DNA of 35,306 nt, taken from a virus. Lineage: Duplodnaviria > Caudoviricetes. Positions 32,406-35,306 of this stretch are shown in pieces (within the stretch, counting starts at the first letter, position 1; each line of letters opens with the position of its first letter). The stretch is from the IMG/VR virus record IMGVR_UViG_3300030419_005747, positions 1 to 35,306 of that record. The stretch is one strand, 5' to 3'. The notes under the pieces were generated by a model that saw only the letters and a list, made by a program, of their open reading frames with translations, ran no database searches and had not been told where the DNA came from. The position numbers and the translations under genes are program-made.

Positions 32406-32726
32406 CTAGCTAGAAGGTACGGTAAAGGCTTCGTCTGGTACTGGATTGCTAGGCGGATTCGTAATTACTGAATCCACTTGACTCGCAAATACATCATCCC
32501 AATGTGAAGTCGGACACATTGCGGTCAAAGCTGCCAGATTAAACGAAGTTTTAGCTGCTGCGGTGAAATCACCATCGGCTGCTACGGCTGTGTGACTGAA
32601 CACAGTTTTGTAATAAGTCGCATCGCCTTCACTGTCGTTCTCGTAAGTCATTTCTAAATCCCACATTTGAGCCTTACTAGACTTCACATGGGGAATGGAC
32701 TTTGTTAGCTTTTTAGTTACTGCCAT
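32406..32726 (-). CDS. tail-fibre-associated hypothetical protein (106 aa)
   Basis: GAGGA RBS; directly downstream of the tail fibre gene. Confidence 0.65.
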   Translation of the reverse strand: MAVTKKLTKSIPHVKSSKAQMWDLEMTYENDSEGDATYYKTVFSHTAVAADGDFTAAAKTSFNLAALTAMCPTSHWDDVFASQVDSVITNPPSNPVPDEAFTVPSS

Positions 32727-32728
32727 TT

Positions 32729-35305
32729 TTATTCCTCTTTATTGTTATCGCACTTATCATGTGCCTTAGATTTTAATTCCTCAACTTGCGCTGAGAGTTC
32801 TTGAATTGCTTTGATAAGCGGTGTTATAAACATTTCTCTTGAAACAGCTTGACCATCTTGACCTTCTTCCCAACCATTAAAAGTTGTATTGCCTACAGAA
32901 TCCATTGCTTCTTTTACTTCTTGAGCAATTAGACCATGAATTAAGGTCTCAGTATCTTTTTCTCCTCTACCTATATTTACAGTTTCTTCTATAAAGTCAG
33001 GGTCGATTTCTGTGCTATGTCTCCAGTTAAAAGTTACAGGTCTTAGTTTGTTTATAAACTCTAAACCTAAAGTATCGGACTCTATATTTTTCTTTGTTCG
33101 CTCATCAGATACTTGTGTCCAAGTATTATTAACTGTGTATGAGTTCCAAACATAACCACCATCTGAGCCAAGATTTACTTTATTATCTCCATTAGATGTA
33201 AAATTATAACCAATTACAATTTGTTTCTCTGCGTTGGACGCACTAACATTGGTATCACTACCGATACAAACATTATATGTTCCAGTAGTTATTGTTGCAC
33301 CTGTATAGTTTCCTATACAAGTGTTCTTTGTGCCTGTAGTAATACTTTCTCCAGACCTTTGACCTGCTCCTGTATTAAACGTACCAGTCGTATTAGCTTC
33401 TAAAGAATCTTTACCAATTCCTGTGTTATAGGCTCCACTAGTTGTGCAGGCTGTTAGAGCATTTTTACCAACGGCTGTATTATCGCCTCCTGTAGTGTTT
33501 GCTGCTAAAGCAGAGTGTCCAACTGCTACGTTATTTGAAGCGGTGGTATTCGCGCCTAATGCAGAATTACCTATCGCAACTGTATTTGTTGCTGTTGTTG
33601 CGGCATCAAGTGTATTTACACCTATGGCAATACAATTATCTCCTGTGGTCAGTGCAGATAAAGCGTCTTTACCAATGGCTGTATTGTCTCCGCCTGTAGT
33701 AACATTGTCTAAAGCATCTTTACCAATCGCGGTGTTGTTAGATGCTGTTGTGTTTGCTTCTAAAGCACTTCTACCCACTGCGGTATTATCAGTTCCTGTG
33801 GTGTTTGCTGATAAAGCATTTACACCAATAGCTACGTTATCTGCTGCTGTGTTTACACCTAAAGCATCTTGACCTATTGCAACATTATAGTTTGTTGTCG
33901 TATTAGCATCTAAAGCACCATATCCTATAGCTGTATTACCAATTCCTGTGGTGTTTGCTTGTAAAGCCTTCGATCCTACTGCGGTGTTGTAACCGCCTGT
34001 GGTGTTTCCTCCTAGAGCATAGTAACCAAGAGCCGTGATATGTGAAGCTGTTGTTGTTGCTTCTGCTGCTTGATAACCAAGTATGGCATTTCTTTCACCA
34101 GTTGTTATTGCTTTACCTGCATCAAAACCGATCGCAGTGTTGGCAACACCTGTAGTATTAGCTGATAAAGCCCTTGTACCCACTGCCGTATTATCAGAAA
34201 CTGTGGTACTAGCGTCTAAGGCTAAGTAACCAATGGCTACGTTTTCATCGCCTGTGGTGTTTGATAATAAAGCATCTTTACCAACTGCTGTGTTGTTACT
34301 TCCGTTGAAGCTAGCTGATGAAAGTGCGCGATAGCCAACACCTGTATTATTTCCAGCCGTTGTTAGACCATCTCCAGCAAGAGAGCCAACAAAAGTATTG
34401 TATGCGCCTGTAGTGATGGCGCCACCAGCATAATTACCAATACCCACATTATCTGATGCGTCTGTTTGAAGAGTTAATGCGTTATAACCTAATGCTACAT
34501 TCCTACTCCCTGTTGTAAGAGTCAACAAAGAAGAAGCACCTACGGCTGTATTTGATACACCTGTCGTAATTGCCGTGGCAGCACTGTAGCCAACTGCCGT
34601 GTTGTCATTTGCAGTGGTGTTTGCGTCTAAAGAATAAGTACCTACAGCCACATTTCTTGTTCCTGTGGTGTTTGCTGCTAAAGCTGCTGAACCAACGGCA
34701 GTGTTGTTTGATGCGGTGGTGTTTGCTAATAAAGCGTTTTTACCCATCGCAGTATTGTTATCTGCTGTTGTATTAGCATATAAAGCCGCATAGCCAACCG
34801 CAGTATTACCATCACCAGTTGTATTACCACCAAGAGCCTCTTGACCAAATGCTGAATTATCACCACCAGTTGTATTAGCATCTAGTGATTGATAACCAAA
34901 AGCATTATTATTAGTACCTGTAGTATTTGCTATTAAAGCTGATCTTCCAACGGCTGTACTACCCGATGTTCCAGTTGTTACTGCTAAAGCACCAGCACCT
35001 ACTGCGGTGTTGTTTGAGCCAGTTGTATTTGCTTCCATTGCATCAGTACCAATAGCTGTGTTTGTTCCTCCAGTTGTATTAGCTTCCAAAGTACCAGAAC
35101 CTACTGAGGTGTTACTTGCTCCTGTGGTGTTTGCTCCTAAAGAATTAGAACCTATCCCTACGTTATTTGAAGCAGTTGTATTAGAGTCTAAGGCTTGATA
35201 ACCAACAGCAACATTATAATCTCCAGTGGTTAAAGAGGTTGCAGCAGAATAACCAACTGCCGTGTTTCCAACACCGCCATCGCTTGTTGTTAAGGCTGCA
35301 TGACC
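32729..35305 (-). CDS. tail fibre / receptor-binding protein with 14-aa beta-solenoid repeats and C-terminal peptidase S74 chaperone; partial
   Basis: Frame stays open to the right edge; roughly 45-50 NTAVGxxALxxNTTG repeats; SDERTKKNI...LRPVTFNW...GLIAQEV...LIKAIQEL. Confidence 0.9.
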   Translation of the reverse strand, partial: GHAALTTSDGGVGNTAVGYSAATSLTTGDYNVAVGYQALDSNTTASNNVGIGSNSLGANTTGASNTSVGSGTLEANTTGGTNTAIGTDAMEANTTGSNNTAVGAGALAVTTGTSGSTAVGRSALIANTTGTNNNAFGYQSLDANTTGGDNSAFGQEALGGNTTGDGNTAVGYAALYANTTADNNTAMGKNALLANTTASNNTAVGSAALAANTTGTRNVAVGTYSLDANTTANDNTAVGYSAATAITTGVSNTAVGASSLLTLTTGSRNVALGYNALTLQTDASDNVGIGNYAGGAITTGAYNTFVGSLAGDGLTTAGNNTGVGYRALSSASFNGSNNTAVGKDALLSNTTGDENVAIGYLALDASTTVSDNTAVGTRALSANTTGVANTAIGFDAGKAITTGERNAILGYQAAEATTTASHITALGYYALGGNTTGGYNTAVGSKALQANTTGIGNTAIGYGALDANTTTNYNVAIGQDALGVNTAADNVAIGVNALSANTTGTDNTAVGRSALEANTTASNNTAIGKDALDNVTTGGDNTAIGKDALSALTTGDNCIAIGVNTLDAATTATNTVAIGNSALGANTTASNNVAVGHSALAANTTGGDNTAVGKNALTACTTSGAYNTGIGKDSLEANTTGTFNTGAGQRSGESITTGTKNTCIGNYTGATITTGTYNVCIGSDTNVSASNAEKQIVIGYNFTSNGDNKVNLGSDGGYVWNSYTVNNTWTQVSDERTKKNIESDTLGLEFINKLRPVTFNWRHSTEIDPDFIEETVNIGRGEKDTETLIHGLIAQEVKEAMDSVGNTTFNGWEEGQDGQAVSREMFITPLIKAIQELSAQVEELKSKAHDKCDNNKEE

Positions 35306-35306
35306 A

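Noticed and set aside
32729-35306. Diversity-generating retroelement acting on the tail fibre
   Set aside because: No reverse transcriptase and no template/variable repeat pair with adenine-specific mismatches seen in the window.

Overview
The window is a gene-dense fragment of a dsDNA tailed phage genome, most likely an uncultured marine podovirus of a Gram-negative host. Its gene content resembles HTVC023P-type/uvMED podoviruses, by my recognition and not by a database search. From left to right it holds: (1) a leftward arm (1-2960) with DUF3310, small hypotheticals, two ribbon-helix-helix proteins and an SNF2 helicase; (2) overlapping divergent sigma70 promoters at ~3013-3052; (3) a rightward replication arm (3103-12541) with an SSB-like protein, AEP primase, UvrD-like helicase, family A DNA polymerase (Leu762 type), a third RHH protein, an AhpC peroxiredoxin and a PD-(D/E)XK exonuclease; (4) a convergent leftward late arm (12468-35306) with five putative ejection/internal virion proteins, a tail stabilisation protein, an unusually large lysis region, a 2OG-Fe(II) oxygenase and a truncated repeat tail fibre with an S74 chaperone. 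The lysis region has spanins, several holin-like proteins, a GH24 lysozyme and two inserted secreted proteins. No tRNA, CRISPR array or integrase was seen. The most notable observations are TonB-box-like motifs (IEEIEVTAQKR, ETIEEITVTGT) inside two putative ejection proteins, which suggest TonB-energised injection; a secreted TN-repeat plus acidic Cys-repeat protein cassette inside the lysis module; a multiply paired candidate structured RNA at 826-1010; and a recurring 'xxGG' motif shared among ejection proteins. All family assignments are by motif recognition only.
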